This document shows positions 29,718 through 41,278 of a stretch of 64,000 nt of DNA, in pieces. Position numbers and translations under genes: made by a program. A model generated the notes under the pieces. It was not told the origin of the DNA. It saw only the letters and a program-made list of their open reading frames with translations, and made no database searches. Source of the DNA: Lapillicoccus sp. GTDB taxonomy: Bacteria > Actinomycetota > Actinomycetes > Actinomycetales > Dermatophilaceae. Each line of letters opens with the position of its first letter. Within the stretch, counting starts at the first letter, position 1. The DNA is taken from positions 7,355 through 71,354 of the forward strand of contig NZ_JBKJPP010000126.1 of the NCBI RefSeq assembly GCF_046595215.1. Direction: 5' to 3'.

Positions 29718-30749
29718 ATGTCCCAGTCGTCCGAGGTCCAGCACAAGCGCGTGCTCCTGGCCGCCCCGCGCGGCTACTGCGCCGGCGTCGACCGGGCCGT
29801 CATCACCGTGGAGAAGGCGCTCGAGCTCTACGGCCCGCCGGTCTACGTGCGCAAGGAGATCGTCCACAACAGGCACGTCGTGACGACCCTGCAGAAGCGC
29901 GGGGCGATCTTCGTCGAGGAGACCGACGAGGTGCCCGAGGGAGCCACCGTGGTCTTCAGCGCCCACGGGGTCGCACCGGTCGTCCACGAGGAGGCAAGGG
30001 CACGCAGCCTGAAGACCATCGACGCGACCTGCCCCTTGGTGACGAAGGTCCACCGCGAGGCGGTCCGCTTCGCTGACGACGACTTCGACATCCTCCTCAT
30101 CGGCCATGAGGGTCACGAGGAGGTCGTCGGCACCTCGGGTGAGGCACCCGAGCACATCACCATCGTCGACAACCCGGACGATGTCGCCAACGTCGAGGTC
30201 CGCAACCCGGAGAAGGTCGTCTGGCTCTCCCAGACGACGCTGTCGGTGGACGAGACGATGGAGACGGTGCGCCGACTGCGGGAGAAGTTCCCGCTGTTGC
30301 AGGACCCGCCGAGCGACGACATCTGTTATGCCACCCAGAACCGCCAGCTCGCCGTCAAGCAGATGGCCCAGGACTGCGACCTGATGATCGTCGTCGGGTC
30401 GCGCAACTCCTCGAACTCGGTGCGGCTCGTCGAGGTGGCCGTCGAGCACGGCGCTCGCGCGGGACACCTCGTCGACTACGCCGACGAGATCGACGAGGCC
30501 TGGCTCGAGGGGGTCGCCACCGTGGGGGTGACCTCGGGAGCAAGCGTGCCCGAGCTGCTGGTGAGGGACGTCCTCGCCTTCCTCGCCGAGCGGGGTTACG
30601 CCGACGTCGACACCGTCGTGGCGGCCGAGGAGTCGCTCCTCTTCAGCCTGCCCACCGAGCTGCGCCGTGACCTCAAGGCCCGTTCCGGGCAGGAGCCCGC
30701 CGAGCTCACGCACGATCCGTCGGGCCGGGCTGCCGAGTCCCTGCACTAG
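29718..30749 (+). CDS. ispH: 4-hydroxy-3-methylbut-2-enyl diphosphate reductase
   Basis: [59 protein letters not shown]. Confidence 0.97.
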   Translation: MSQSSEVQHKRVLLAAPRGYCAGVDRAVITVEKALELYGPPVYVRKEIVHNRHVVTTLQKRGAIFVEETDEVPEGATVVFSAHGVAPVVHEEARARSLKTIDATCPLVTKVHREAVRFADDDFDILLIGHEGHEEVVGTSGEAPEHITIVDNPDDVANVEVRNPEKVVWLSQTTLSVDETMETVRRLREKFPLLQDPPSDDICYATQNRQLAVKQMAQDCDLMIVVGSRNSSNSVRLVEVAVEHGARAGHLVDYADEIDEAWLEGVATVGVTSGASVPELLVRDVLAFLAERGYADVDTVVAAEESLLFSLPTELRRDLKARSGQEPAELTHDPSGRAAESLH

Positions 30750-30766
30750 CGCGAGCCCGAGCCGGA

Positions 30767-31200
30767 TCAGCCCGCGGCCAGAGGCGGTAGCCGAGGGCGA
30801 CCAGTCCGTCGACGACCAGTCCGTCGACGACCAGCAGGGCCGTCCACCACCTCGCGGTGTCGAGGAACTCCCCGGTGCGCGAGGAATCCCCGACGGCAAC
30901 CACCGCGAGCAGCATGAGGCCCACCCCGACCCCGTATGCCGTGAGGTGGCGCAGCCAGGCCCGGCTGTCGTATGCCGCGCGGCCGGCTCCGTGTCTCGGC
31001 TTCGGCGTCGGAGCTGGGCCGCCGGCAAACCGGTGCGCGAACCGCACGTCGGCCCGGCCGAGGAGGTGGTGCCCGAACCCCACCGAGCAGCCCAGGTAGA
31101 CGCCGGCGAGGGTGTGCGCCACGGTGGGCCGTGCCGCCGCCGCGCAGGTCGAGGACCGTCGCAGTGAGCAGCACGAGGTCCACCAGCGAGGGCGCGGTGC
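30767..31200 (-). pseudogene. 5'-truncated, frameshifted membrane-protein gene
   Basis: SLVDLVLLTATVLDLRGGGTA in one frame continues as TVAHTLAGVYLGCSVGFGH..LWPR in another (extra C at 31126-31128); no N-terminal TM segment or start; 15-bp tandem duplication at 30799-30828. Confidence 0.65.
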
Positions 31201-31345
31201 CCGTGCGCCCGGTCGACGAGCTCCACGGTCTGCTCGACGGGCTCTCGCTGCATCTCGCCCTCTATCCGGGGAGACGAGCACGGCCAGAGTCCGTGCGGCG
31301 CTGCGCAGCCACCTCGAGAGGGTTGCGGCCGAGACCGCCCCCTGA
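31196..31345 (+). pseudogene. C-terminal remnant of a TetR (BetI-C-like) regulator with a frameshift
   Basis: DELHGLLDGLSLHLALYPG then, after restoring one G in the run 31268-31271, ETSTARVRAALRSHLERVAAETAP*; HTH absent. Confidence 0.6.
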
Positions 31346-31393
31346 GCGGTCGACCCGTCCGCTTCACAATGTGAGCAACATCAACTAGAAGTC

Positions 31394-31458
31394 TTGACAG
31401 GGGGGACCCAGCCCAGCACCCTGTTGCACAGGAAGAAGCCCACTGCGCAATGAGCAAC
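31394..31458 (+). promoter_or_regulatory. betB operon promoter with two 17-bp boxes at 19-bp period
   Basis: TTGACA(31394)-N17-CACCCT; boxes GTTGCACAGGAAGAAGC (31423) and ACTGCGCAATGAGCAAC (31442). Confidence 0.7.
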
Positions 31459-31498
31459 AACTGTCATTGCCGCTACCGTTCCTCCGAAGGGTGACGAC

Positions 31499-32968
31499 GT
31501 GGCGGAGCTCTACCTCGACGGCGAGTGGCAGGACCCCGTGGCCGGTGGCCGGCGGGAGATCCGTTGCCCCGCCGACGGCTCACTCGTTGCCACGCTCTCC
31601 GAGGGGACCCGGGCCGACACCGAGCGGGCGATCAGCGCTGCGCGACGTGCCTTCGACAACGGTCCCTGGCCGCGGACGCCCGAACGCGAGCGCGGCGCAC
31701 TGCTGACCCGGGCGGCCGACCTGATGGTCCGGGACACGGCGGAGTACGCCCGGGCGGAGGCGCTCGACACCGGCAAGCGGCTCGTCGAGGCCGAGCTCGA
31801 CATCGACGACGTGGTGCGTTGTCTCCGCCACTACGCCGGGATCGCCGGCACCGACGCCGGACGGGTCATCGACACCGGGGTCGCCGACGCCATCAGCGCG
31901 GTGGTGCACGAGCCGGTCGGGGTCTGCGGCCTCATCACCCCGTGGAACTACCCCCTGTTGCAGGTGTCCTGGAAGGTCGCCCCGGCCCTCGTGGCCGGCA
32001 ACACCTTCATCCTCAAGCCGAGCGAGCTCACCCCGTCGACGGCCGTCCTGCTCATGCGCACGCTCGCGGAGGCGGGGCTCCCCCCGGGGGTCGCCAACCT
32101 CGTGCTCGGCACCGGCGCCGAGGTCGGCGCACCGTTGTCCGAGCACCCGGACGTCGACCTGGTGTCCTTCACCGGCGGCCTCGAGACCGGGCGCCAGATC
32201 ATGGCGAGCGCGGCCCGGACCATCAAGAAGGTCGCCCTCGAGCTGGGGGGCAAGAACCCCAACATCATCTTTGCCGACGCGGACTTCGACGCGGCCGTGG
32301 ACCACGCCCTCACCGCGGTCTTCCTCCACTCCGGCCAGGTCTGCTCGGCCGGGGCCCGGCTGGTCGTCCAGGAGGAGCTGCACGACCGCTTCGTCGACGA
32401 GGTCGTGCGCCGCGCGAAGGGGATCCGGCTCGGTGGCCCCTTCGACGAGCAGGCCGAGACCGGGACGTTGATCTCCCGGGCCCACCTGGACAAGGTCGCG
32501 GCATACGTCGAGGGTGGTCTGGCCGAGGGCGCTGTGCTGCGCTGCGGCGGGACGAGGGACACGGAGGGCGACCTCGCGAAGGGCTTCTTCTACCGACCGA
32601 CCGTGCTCGACGACTGCCTCACGACGATGCGGGTCGTGCAGGAGGAGTCCTTCGGGCCGGTCCTCACGGTCGAGCGCTTCACCGACGAGGCGGACGCGGT
32701 CCGGATCGCCAACGACACCACCTTCGGCCTGGCCGGCGCGGTGTGGACCCAGGACGGCGGCAAGGCCCAGCGGGTGGCCGCGCTGCTGCGCCACGGGACG
32801 ATCTGGATCAACGACTACCACCCCTACGTGCCGCAGGCCGAGTGGGGCGGGTTCAAGCAGTCGGGCGTGGGCCGGGAGCTCGGGCAGGCCGGGCTGCAGG
32901 AGTACCGCGAGACCAAGCACATCTGGCAGAACGTGCGGCCTCGAGCCGAGCACTGGTTCCACGCATGA
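31499..32968 (+). CDS. betB: Betaine aldehyde dehydrogenase (ALDH family)
   Basis: [33 protein letters not shown]; betaine cluster context supports substrate. Confidence 0.82.
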   Translation: MAELYLDGEWQDPVAGGRREIRCPADGSLVATLSEGTRADTERAISAARRAFDNGPWPRTPERERGALLTRAADLMVRDTAEYARAEALDTGKRLVEAELDIDDVVRCLRHYAGIAGTDAGRVIDTGVADAISAVVHEPVGVCGLITPWNYPLLQVSWKVAPALVAGNTFILKPSELTPSTAVLLMRTLAEAGLPPGVANLVLGTGAEVGAPLSEHPDVDLVSFTGGLETGRQIMASAARTIKKVALELGGKNPNIIFADADFDAAVDHALTAVFLHSGQVCSAGARLVVQEELHDRFVDEVVRRAKGIRLGGPFDEQAETGTLISRAHLDKVAAYVEGGLAEGAVLRCGGTRDTEGDLAKGFFYRPTVLDDCLTTMRVVQEESFGPVLTVERFTDEADAVRIANDTTFGLAGAVWTQDGGKAQRVAALLRHGTIWINDYHPYVPQAEWGGFKQSGVGRELGQAGLQEYRETKHIWQNVRPRAEHWFHA

Positions 32969-34056
32969 GCACCGACACGGGCGTCGCGCCCGCGACCGAA
33001 GGAGATCGGGCCATGGCCGTGCACGCGACACCGGCGGTGGAGCCGGTCATCTCGGTCCGCAACCTCTGGAAGGTCTTCGGCGAGAAGGCGGACGGCGTGC
33101 CCGGGTCGACGGAGCTGTCCTCCCTCTCGCGCAAGGAGCTCAAGGAGGCGACCGGATGCGTCGCCGCGGTGTGCGACCTGAGCTTTGACGTCGCGCCCGG
33201 CGAGGTGTTCGTCGTCATGGGGCTCTCGGGGTCCGGCAAGTCGACGCTGGTCCGTTGTCTCACGCGGCTGATCGAGCCGACCGCGGGGGAGGTCGTCTTC
33301 CAGGGCGAGGACATCCTGAACTGCAACGAGAAGGCCCTGCGCGACCTGCGCCGGCAACGGATCTCGATGGTGTTCCAGCACTTCGGGCTGCTGCCTCACC
33401 GTCGCGTCGTCGACAACGTCGCCTACGGCCTCGAGATCCGCGGCACCGCCAAGGCCGAGCGGCTCAGGCGCGCCGCCGAGGTGATCGACCTCGTCGGGCT
33501 GACGGGATACGAGCACTCCTTCCCCGACCAGCTGTCCGGGGGGATGCAGCAGCGGGTCGGCCTGGCCCGCGCGCTCGCCGGGGACCCGGACGTCCTGCTC
33601 TTCGACGAGCCGTTCTCCGCGCTCGACCCGCTCATCCGGCGCGACATGCAGAACGAGGTCATCCGGCTGCACCACGAGGTCGGCAAGACGATGGTCTTCA
33701 TCACGCACGATCTCTCCGAGGCGCTGAAGCTGGGCGACCGGATCCTCATCATGCGCGACGGCCGCCTGGTCCAGATCGGGACCGGCGCCGAGCTGGTCGG
33801 GGCCCCCGCGGACGACTACGTGCGCGACTTCGTGCGTGAGGTGCCCCGCTCCCACGTCCTGACGCTGCGGTGGATCATGCGTCCGGTCGCCGACGGTGAC
33901 GACCTCGAGGGCCCGGAGTTCGGCCCGGACGTCATCGTGCGTGACGCCGTGCGAGCGGTGCTCGAGGCCGAACGCCCGATCAAGGTGGTCGCGGACGGCC
34001 GCCTGCTGGGCGTCGTCGGCAACGCCGAGATCCTCGCCGTGGTCGCCGGGTCATGA
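32965..34056 (+). CDS. Glycine betaine/choline ABC ATPase (ProV/OpuAA-like)
   Basis: [62 protein letters not shown]. Confidence 0.9.
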   Translation: MSTDTGVAPATEGDRAMAVHATPAVEPVISVRNLWKVFGEKADGVPGSTELSSLSRKELKEATGCVAAVCDLSFDVAPGEVFVVMGLSGSGKSTLVRCLTRLIEPTAGEVVFQGEDILNCNEKALRDLRRQRISMVFQHFGLLPHRRVVDNVAYGLEIRGTAKAERLRRAAEVIDLVGLTGYEHSFPDQLSGGMQQRVGLARALAGDPDVLLFDEPFSALDPLIRRDMQNEVIRLHHEVGKTMVFITHDLSEALKLGDRILIMRDGRLVQIGTGAELVGAPADDYVRDFVREVPRSHVLTLRWIMRPVADGDDLEGPEFGPDVIVRDAVRAVLEAERPIKVVADGRLLGVVGNAEILAVVAGS

Positions 34057-36038
34057 CCACGGTCACGGCTGTCCGGGCCGGCATCCGGGTGAGCCGGGGT
34101 GTGCTCATCGCGGCGATCCTCGCCGTGTGGGTGGTGGGGTATGCCGTGCTCCGGGGTCGCGACACCCTCGCCCTGGCGACGTCGGACGTCACCGGACTGC
34201 ACACCCGGCTCAACGACCTCAACGACTCCGTGGGCGCCAACCGCAACACCAACCCGCTGTTCCTCTACTTCTTCAACGAGATCCGGCTGGTGATCGACCA
34301 GCTCACGACCTTCATCTCGGGGCTCGTGGCGCAGCCGGCGTTCGGTCGGCCCGTCCCGCTCATCGGGTGGCTCGGCGTGATCGCGCTGCTCGGCTTCGGT
34401 GCCTGGGCCCTGGGCAACCTCAAGGTCGCCGCGCTGACCGTCGCCGGCTTCACCTTCATGGGCCTGCAGGGGCTGTGGCGCGAGAGCATGGACACCTTCT
34501 CGCTCACCCTGGCAGCGGTCCTCGTGGCGCTGCTGCTCGGTCTCCCCATCGGGATCTGGGCCGGGTTGTCCGACCGGGTCAACCGGCTCGTCACCCCCGT
34601 GCTGGACTTCATGCAGACGATGCCGACCTTCGTCTACCTGGCGCCGCTCACCCTCGTCTTCCTGATCGGACCGGCGTCGGCCGTCATCGCGACCCTGATC
34701 TACGCCGCGCCCCCGGTGATCAGGATCACCGCACACGGCATCCGGCAGGTGCCCGGGGAGACCCTCGAGGCCGCGGGCTCCCTCGGCGCCACCCGCCTGC
34801 AGATGCTGCGCAACGTCATGCTGCCGATGGCCAAGCGCACCATCGTCATCGGCATCAACCAGACGATCATGGCGGCCCTGTCGATGGTCACCATCGCCGC
34901 CCTCATCGACGCGCCCGGGCTGGGCCAGGTCGTGCTGCGCTCGCTGCAGTCCCTCGACGTGGGACGCGCGTTCAACGCGGGACTGTCGATCGTCGTCATG
35001 GCCATCGTCTTCGACCGGGTCACCACTGCCGCCAGCGTCAGGGTGGAGACCGCCCGGCGCAGTGGCGGCACGCGCGCGGCCAGGGCGCGACGGATGGGCC
35101 TCATCGCGGGCGGCCTCGTGACGGCCGTCTGCGTCTACCTCGCCTACACCTTTGTCTGGGCGGCGGAGTTCCCGGCGGACGTCAACCTGGGTGCCCCGAT
35201 CGCCCAGCTCGCGACGACGGTGACGAACTGGGTGCAGCTGAACCTGAGCGGGGTCACCAACGGCTTCAAGGACGTCACCACCAACGGGTTGCTCAACCCG
35301 CTGCAGAGCCTGCTGACCGAGTCCCCCTGGTGGCTCGTGAGCGCTGCGCTCATCGCCCTGGCCGCGGTGGCCGGGCGCGCCCGCGCCGCCCTGACGACCG
35401 CGGTGTGCCTGGCCCTGCTCATCGCCACGGGGCTGTGGTCGGACGCCATGGCGACCTTGGCCGCCACGCTGCTCGCGACGGTCCTCGTCATGGCGCTGGG
35501 CCTGGTCGTCGGCGTGTGGATGGGGCGCAGCCCGCGGGTCGACCGGGTGATCCGGCCGGTGCTCGACGCCGCCCAGACGATGCCGTCGTTCGTCTACCTC
35601 GTCCCGTTCGTGGCGCTCTTCGCCGCCAGCCGGTTCACGGGGATCGCGGCCGCGGTGGTCTATGCCTCACCGGTGGCGATCAAGATCATCGCCGACGGGA
35701 TCGCCGCCGTGTCACCGACGACCATCGAGGCCGCCACCGCAGCCGGGTCCACCGCGTGGCAGATCATCACCAAGGTCCAGCTGCCGATGTCCCTGCGGAC
35801 CCTCACGCTGGCCACCAACCAGGGACTCATCTACGTCCTGTCGATGGTCGTGGTCGGCGGGCTCGTCGGAGGGGGGGCGCTCGGCTACGACGTCGTGGCC
35901 GGCTTCCGCCAGAACGCCCTCTTCGGCAAGGGTCTCGCCGCCGGACTGGCGATCGTGCTCCTCGGGATCATGCTCGACCGGGTGACCCAGGCGGTGGCCC
36001 GGCGAGCCGACGCGCGGACCCACCACGGGCGCCTGTGA
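34053..36038 (+). CDS. Betaine ABC permease with two fused ProW-like domains
   Basis: [27 protein letters not shown] and [27 protein letters not shown]. Confidence 0.88.
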   Translation: MTTVTAVRAGIRVSRGVLIAAILAVWVVGYAVLRGRDTLALATSDVTGLHTRLNDLNDSVGANRNTNPLFLYFFNEIRLVIDQLTTFISGLVAQPAFGRPVPLIGWLGVIALLGFGAWALGNLKVAALTVAGFTFMGLQGLWRESMDTFSLTLAAVLVALLLGLPIGIWAGLSDRVNRLVTPVLDFMQTMPTFVYLAPLTLVFLIGPASAVIATLIYAAPPVIRITAHGIRQVPGETLEAAGSLGATRLQMLRNVMLPMAKRTIVIGINQTIMAALSMVTIAALIDAPGLGQVVLRSLQSLDVGRAFNAGLSIVVMAIVFDRVTTAASVRVETARRSGGTRAARARRMGLIAGGLVTAVCVYLAYTFVWAAEFPADVNLGAPIAQLATTVTNWVQLNLSGVTNGFKDVTTNGLLNPLQSLLTESPWWLVSAALIALAAVAGRARAALTTAVCLALLIATGLWSDAMATLAATLLATVLVMALGLVVGVWMGRSPRVDRVIRPVLDAAQTMPSFVYLVPFVALFAASRFTGIAAAVVYASPVAIKIIADGIAAVSPTTIEAATAAGSTAWQIITKVQLPMSLRTLTLATNQGLIYVLSMVVVGGLVGGGALGYDVVAGFRQNALFGKGLAAGLAIVLLGIMLDRVTQAVARRADARTHHGRL

Positions 36039-36098
36039 GCGCTCATCCGCCGCCCTGGCGCAGCCGGCCCCGAGACCCCCCGAACCCACCCCCGTCAT

Positions 36099-36125
36099 CC
36101 GACCGAACCGACCGAACCGACCGAA
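36099..36125 (+). repeat. (CCGACCGAA)x3 just before the SBP ribosome-binding site
   Basis: Seen directly. Confidence 0.8.
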
Positions 36126-36138
36126 AGGGCACCACACC

Positions 36139-37128
36139 ATGAGACTCTCCAGGAACGGCAACAGCTCTCGACCCGTGACCGCACTCGTCGCGGCAGGCGT
36201 GGCCGTTGCGCTGGCCGCCTGCAGCGGTGCCAAGGTGGGCGAGACCGCCGCGGCTCCCGCATCCGGGGGTCCGTCCGGGGCCACCTGCGGCACGTTCAAC
36301 CTGGCGGTCAACGCCTGGGTCGGCTATGAGGCCAACGCGGCCGTGATCGCCTACGTGGCGCAGAACAAGCTGGGCTGCAAGGTCGTCAAGAAGAACCTCG
36401 ACGAGCAGGTGTCGTGGCAGGGCTTCGGCACGGGTGAGGTCGACGCCATCCTCGAGAACTGGGGACACGAGGACCTGGCGAAGAAGTACATCACCGAGCA
36501 GAAGGTGGCCCAGGATGCCGGACCGAGCGGCAACATCGGCGCGATCGGCTGGTACGTCACGCCGTCCCTGGCGGCCCAGTACCCCGACATCACGGACCAC
36601 AACAACCTCAACAAGTACGCGTCGCTCTTCAAGACCTCCGAGTCCGGTGACCAGGGCCAGCTCCTCGACGGTGACCCCGGCTTCGTCACCAACGACGCCG
36701 CCCTGGTGAAGAACCTCAACCTCAACTACAAGGTGGTCTACTCCGGTTCGGAGGCGGCGCTGATCACCAGCTTCCGCCAGGCCGAGCAGACCAAGAAGCC
36801 GATGATCGGCTACTTCTACTCGCCGCAGTGGTTCCTCTCCGAGGTGCCGCTGGTCAAGGTCAAGCTCCCGGCCTACACCGCGGGGTGCGACGCGGACGCG
36901 GCCAAGGTGGCCTGCGACTACCCGGACTACACCCTCAACAAGGTCGTCTCGACGAAGTTCGCGACGTCCGGCAGCCCGGCATACGCGCTGGTCAAGAAGT
37001 TCACCTGGACCAACGAGGACCAGAACCTCGTCGCGAAGTACATCGCCCAGGACAAGATGTCCGACGAGGACGCTGCCAAGAAGTGGGTGGAGGCCAACCC
37101 TGCCAAGGTCGCGGCCTGGTTGTCCTGA
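36139..37128 (+). CDS. Betaine ABC binding lipoprotein (ProX/OpuAC-like)
   Basis: Lipobox LAAC; AWVGYEA, DAILENWG, IGWYV, GYFYSPQW aromatic-cage residues. Confidence 0.88.
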   Translation: MRLSRNGNSSRPVTALVAAGVAVALAACSGAKVGETAAAPASGGPSGATCGTFNLAVNAWVGYEANAAVIAYVAQNKLGCKVVKKNLDEQVSWQGFGTGEVDAILENWGHEDLAKKYITEQKVAQDAGPSGNIGAIGWYVTPSLAAQYPDITDHNNLNKYASLFKTSESGDQGQLLDGDPGFVTNDAALVKNLNLNYKVVYSGSEAALITSFRQAEQTKKPMIGYFYSPQWFLSEVPLVKVKLPAYTAGCDADAAKVACDYPDYTLNKVVSTKFATSGSPAYALVKKFTWTNEDQNLVAKYIAQDKMSDEDAAKKWVEANPAKVAAWLS

Positions 37129-37157
37129 CCCGTGCGTGGCAGACGGTCCGGCAGGCC

Positions 37158-37223
37158 TTGACAGGGGCGGGGCGATCCTCCACGATCGTTGCGTAGAACG
37201 CATGATGTTGCGCCAGATGAGAC
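37158..37223 (+). promoter_or_regulatory. dmg-sox operon promoter with two boxes at 19-bp period
   Basis: TTGACA(37158)-N17-CACGAT; GTTGCGTAGAACGCATG (37188) and GTTGCGCCAGATGAGAC (37207). Confidence 0.7.
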
Positions 37224-37236
37224 GTTGGAGGTTGGT

Positions 37237-39675
37237 ATGCCGGGTCCGCGCGTGGTCATCATCGGTGCCGGCGTGGTGGGTGCGGCGCTCGTCGACGAGC
37301 TGACCCTTCGCGGGTGGGACGACGTGACCATCCTCGAGCAGGGCGAGCTGCCCGCGCCCGGAGGCTCGACCAGCCACGCCCCGGGCCTCGTCTTCCAGGC
37401 CAGCGCGTCCAAGACGATGACCGAGCTGGCGCGCTACACCGTCGAGAAGCTCTGCAGCCTCGAGGTCGACGGGCAGCCGTGCTTCCTGCAGGTCGGTGGG
37501 CTCGAGGTCGCGACCACCCCCGAGCGGGTCGCGGAGCTGCACCGCAGGGCCGGCTGGCTGAGCGCGTGGGGCGTCGAGTCCCAGCTGCTCGACGCCGCCG
37601 AGACCGCCGCGAAGTACCCGCTGCTCGATCCCGCGGTCGTTCTCGGCGGGCTGTTCACCCCGACCGACGGCATCGCCAAGGCCGTCCGCGCCGTGGACGC
37701 GCAGACGCGGCGCGCGGCCGAGCGGGGCGCGACGGTCCTGGACCGGCACGAGGTCCTCGACATCACCGTCGTCGACGGCGCCGTTATCGGCGTCGTCACC
37801 GACCACGGCGACTTCCCCGCTGACGTCGTCGTCTGCTGCGCCGGCATCTGGGGCCCCGTCATTGCCGCCAAGGTGGGGATGACGCTGCCCCTCACCCCGC
37901 TCGGGCACCAGCTCGCCTGGACCTCGGCCGTGCCCGCGCTCGCCGGCCGCGACCGGGAGGCGGTCCTGCCGATCCTGCGCCACCAGGACCAGGACCTGTA
38001 CTACCGCGAGCGGTTCGACGCCCTCGGCGTCGGCTACTACGGCCACCGTCCGATGCCGATCCGGGCGCAGGACATCGCCCGCACGAACGAGTGCGCGGGC
38101 ATGCCCTCGGTGATGGAGTTCACCGAGGAGGACTTCGAGCAGGCCTGGGCCCAGACCCAGGTCCTGCTCCCCTCGACCCGCGACGCCAAGGTGGAGGAGG
38201 GCATCAACGGCCTCTTCTCCTTCACGACCGACAACATGCCGCTCATCGGGCAGTCGCCGCAGGTCTCGGGATTCTGGGTCGCCGAGGCCGTGTGGGTCAC
38301 CCACTCGGCCGGGGTCGGCCGGGCGGTCGCCGAGCTGCTGGTGGACGGGCACTGCTCGAGCTTCGACCTGCACGAGTGCGACGTGAACCGGTTCGAGGCC
38401 CACCAGCTCTCACCCGACTACGTCCTCACCCGGGACTGCCAGAACTTCGTCGAGGTCTACGACATCCTCCACCCGCTGGAGCCGGCCGAGAGCCTGCGGC
38501 CGCTGCGCACCAGCCCGTTCCACCACCGCCAGCAGGAGCTCGGGGCCGTCTTCCTCGAGGCGTCCGGATGGGAGCGACCCCAGTGGTACGAGGCAAATGC
38601 GGGGCTCGTCGAAGGTCGCGACATCGCCACGCCGGACGGCTGGGCGGCGCAGCACTGGTCGCCGATCGTCGCCGCCGAGGCCCAGGTCACCCGCGAGGCG
38701 GTCGCCCTCTACGACATGACCGCCCTGAAGCGGATCGAGGTCACCGGACGCCACGCCGCGGCATACCTCAACTCGCTCGTCACCGGCAACGTCGACACGT
38801 CGGTCGGGTCCGTGACCTACTGCCTCCTGCTCGACGTCGACGGCGGGATCCGCAGTGACGTCACCGTCGCCCGTCTCGCGGCGGACCGCTTCCAGGTCGG
38901 CGCGAACGGCAACCTCGATCTCGACTGGTTCACCCGCCACCTTCCCGAGGCCGGCACCGTCCAGGTCCGCGACGCCACCCCGGGCACCTGCTGCATCGGC
39001 CTGTGGGGCCCTCGCGCCCGGGACGTCATCGCGCCCCTCACCGGGACCGACTTCAGCCACGAGGCGCTGAAGTACTTCCGCTCGACACCGGCCTTCATCG
39101 GCACCGTGCCCGTGACGGCGATGCGCCTGTCCTACGTCGGTGAGCTCGGTTGGGAGCTCTACACCAGCGCTGACCAGGGCGAGCGGCTGTGGGACCTGAT
39201 CTGGGAGGCGGGGCAGCAGCATGGGGTCATCGCCGCCGGCCGCGGAGCCTTCTCGAGCCTGCGGCTGGAGAAGGGCTACCGCTCCTTCGGCGCCGACATG
39301 ACCTTCGAGCACGAGCCCTACCAGGCCGGGCTCGGCTTCGCCGTGAAGCTCGACAAGGGCGACTTCATCGGGCGGGAGGCGCTGCTCGCCCGCAGGGACG
39401 CGAGCACGTCCGTGCTGACGTGCCTGACCCTCCCGGAGCCCGGCTCCCTCGTCATGGGCAAGGAGCCGGTCTACGCCGGCGACGCCTGCGTCGGCTACGT
39501 CACGAGCGCGGGCTACGGGTACACCATCGGCACGGGCATCGCGTATGCGTGGCTGCCGAGCGCGCTGTCCACGGCGGGCACCCATGTGCAGATCGGATAC
39601 TTCGACCAGCGGATCGACGCCGTCGTCACGGCTGAGCCCCTGTTCGACCCCGGCATGACCAGGCTGCGCAGCTGA
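37237..39675 (+). CDS. Dimethylglycine oxidase/dehydrogenase (FAD domain + GcvT folate domain)
   Basis: [16 protein letters not shown] flavinylation motif, [33 protein letters not shown]; ATG 37237 after GGAGG. Confidence 0.85.
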   Translation: MPGPRVVIIGAGVVGAALVDELTLRGWDDVTILEQGELPAPGGSTSHAPGLVFQASASKTMTELARYTVEKLCSLEVDGQPCFLQVGGLEVATTPERVAELHRRAGWLSAWGVESQLLDAAETAAKYPLLDPAVVLGGLFTPTDGIAKAVRAVDAQTRRAAERGATVLDRHEVLDITVVDGAVIGVVTDHGDFPADVVVCCAGIWGPVIAAKVGMTLPLTPLGHQLAWTSAVPALAGRDREAVLPILRHQDQDLYYRERFDALGVGYYGHRPMPIRAQDIARTNECAGMPSVMEFTEEDFEQAWAQTQVLLPSTRDAKVEEGINGLFSFTTDNMPLIGQSPQVSGFWVAEAVWVTHSAGVGRAVAELLVDGHCSSFDLHECDVNRFEAHQLSPDYVLTRDCQNFVEVYDILHPLEPAESLRPLRTSPFHHRQQELGAVFLEASGWERPQWYEANAGLVEGRDIATPDGWAAQHWSPIVAAEAQVTREAVALYDMTALKRIEVTGRHAAAYLNSLVTGNVDTSVGSVTYCLLLDVDGGIRSDVTVARLAADRFQVGANGNLDLDWFTRHLPEAGTVQVRDATPGTCCIGLWGPRARDVIAPLTGTDFSHEALKYFRSTPAFIGTVPVTAMRLSYVGELGWELYTSADQGERLWDLIWEAGQQHGVIAAGRGAFSSLRLEKGYRSFGADMTFEHEPYQAGLGFAVKLDKGDFIGREALLARRDASTSVLTCLTLPEPGSLVMGKEPVYAGDACVGYVTSAGYGYTIGTGIAYAWLPSALSTAGTHVQIGYFDQRIDAVVTAEPLFDPGMTRLRS

Positions 39676-40940
39676 TGGCTGCGGACACAAAGGCAGCCAA
39701 CACCACGCCGCCTCGCCCGGCGGACGACGGCAACACCCCCGAGCACCCGGCCTTCCTCTGGCGCAACACCGAGCCCAAGAAGCACTATGACGCCATCATC
39801 ATCGGCGGCGGCGGTCACGGCCTGGCCACGGCCTACTACCTCGCCAGGAACCACGGCATCACGAACGTCGCGGTCCTGGAGAAGGGCTGGCTCGCCGGCG
39901 GCAACATGGCCCGGAACACCACCATCATCCGCAGCAACTACCTCTGGGACGAGAGCGCCGGGATCTACGAGCACTCGCTCAAGCTGTGGGAGACCCTCGA
40001 GGAGGACCTCGACTATCCCATCCTCTTCAGCCAGCGCGGTGTGCTCAACCTGGCGCACTCCCTGCAGGACGTGCGGGACAGCGTCCGCCGGGTGAACGCC
40101 AACAGGCTCAACGGGATCGACGCCGAGTGGGTGGACGCGCGCCAGGTCAAGGAGCTCTGCCCGATCGTCAACATCTCCCAGGACGTGCGCTACCCGGTGC
40201 TCGGCGCGACCTACCAGCCCCGGGCCGGCATCGCGAAGCACGACTACGTCGCGTGGGGCTATGCCCGCGCCGCGGACGCGATGGGCGTCGACCTGATCCA
40301 GGACTGTGAGGTCACCGGCATCGACACCTCAGGGGGCCGCGTCACCGGCGTCCAGACCACCAGGGGCCGCATCCGGGGCGACACGGTGGCGCTGTGCGCG
40401 GCGGGCCACACCTCGGTGCTGGCCAAGATGGTCGACCTGGAGCTGCCGCTCCAGAGCCATCCGCTGCAGGCGCTGGTGTCGGAGCTCCTGGAGCCCGTGC
40501 ACCCCACCGTGGTGATGTCCAACGCCGTCCACGTCTACGTCTCGCAGGCCCACAAGGGCGAGCTCGTCATGGGAGCGGGCATCGACGCCTACAACGGCTA
40601 TGGCCAACGGGGTGCCTTCCACATCATCGAACGTCAGATGGCGGCGGCCCTGGAGCTGTTCCCCGTCTTCGCCCGGGCCCACCTGCTGCGGACCTGGGCC
40701 GGCATCGTCGACACGACACCAGACGCCTCCCCGATCGTCGGCCTCACGGACGTCGAGGGCCTCTACGTCAACTGCGGGTGGGGCACCGGGGGGTTCAAGG
40801 CCACCCCGGGCGTCGGGTGGTGTCTTGCCGACACCCTCGCCCACGGCAAGCCCCACGAGCTGATCGAGGCCTTCACCTTCCAGCGGTTCACGACCGGGGC
40901 GCTCGTCGACGAGCACGGCGCCGCCGCCGTGGCGCACTGA
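39675..40940 (+). CDS. soxB: Sarcosine oxidase beta subunit
   Basis: [62 protein letters not shown]. Confidence 0.95.
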   Translation: MAADTKAANTTPPRPADDGNTPEHPAFLWRNTEPKKHYDAIIIGGGGHGLATAYYLARNHGITNVAVLEKGWLAGGNMARNTTIIRSNYLWDESAGIYEHSLKLWETLEEDLDYPILFSQRGVLNLAHSLQDVRDSVRRVNANRLNGIDAEWVDARQVKELCPIVNISQDVRYPVLGATYQPRAGIAKHDYVAWGYARAADAMGVDLIQDCEVTGIDTSGGRVTGVQTTRGRIRGDTVALCAAGHTSVLAKMVDLELPLQSHPLQALVSELLEPVHPTVVMSNAVHVYVSQAHKGELVMGAGIDAYNGYGQRGAFHIIERQMAAALELFPVFARAHLLRTWAGIVDTTPDASPIVGLTDVEGLYVNCGWGTGGFKATPGVGWCLADTLAHGKPHELIEAFTFQRFTTGALVDEHGAAAVAH

Positions 40941-40999
40941 TCACCAGGCACAGACCAGACCAAACCACAGACCGCAGAGCGCAGACCTGGAGTGAGTCG

Positions 41000-41278
41000 A
41001 TGCAGCTGATCCCGTGCCCCTGGTGTGGGCCCCGCGACGAGGTGGAGTACCACTACGGAGGCCAGGCCCACGTGCCCTATCCCGAGGACCCGCAGGCCCT
41101 GGACGACGAGGAGTGGGCTCGCTACGTCTTCTTCCGCGACAACCCCAAGGGCGCCTTCGCCGAACGCTGGTGCCACTCGGCCGGGTGCCGTCGCTGGTTC
41201 AACGCGGTGCGGGACACCTCGACCCACCAGCTGCTGGCGATCTATCGCGTCGGCGACCCGAAGCCGGTCATCACGTGA
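41000..41278 (+). CDS. soxD: Sarcosine oxidase delta subunit
   Basis: MQLIPCPWCGPRDEVEYHYGG, ERWCHSAGCRRWFNAVRDT. Confidence 0.93.
   Translation: MQLIPCPWCGPRDEVEYHYGGQAHVPYPEDPQALDDEEWARYVFFRDNPKGAFAERWCHSAGCRRWFNAVRDTSTHQLLAIYRVGDPKPVIT

Noticed and set aside
29499-31460. 653-aa minus-strand ORF
   Set aside because: Mostly antisense to ispH; no recognisable domain
31525-32964. Apparent 480-aa N-terminal extension of the ABC ATPase
   Set aside because: Alternative frame of betB; real start is the ATGA overlap at 32965
36043-38403. 786-aa ORF overlapping the betaine SBP and DMG oxidase genes
   Set aside because: Shadow ORF; its translation reads like antisense of those genes and has no motifs
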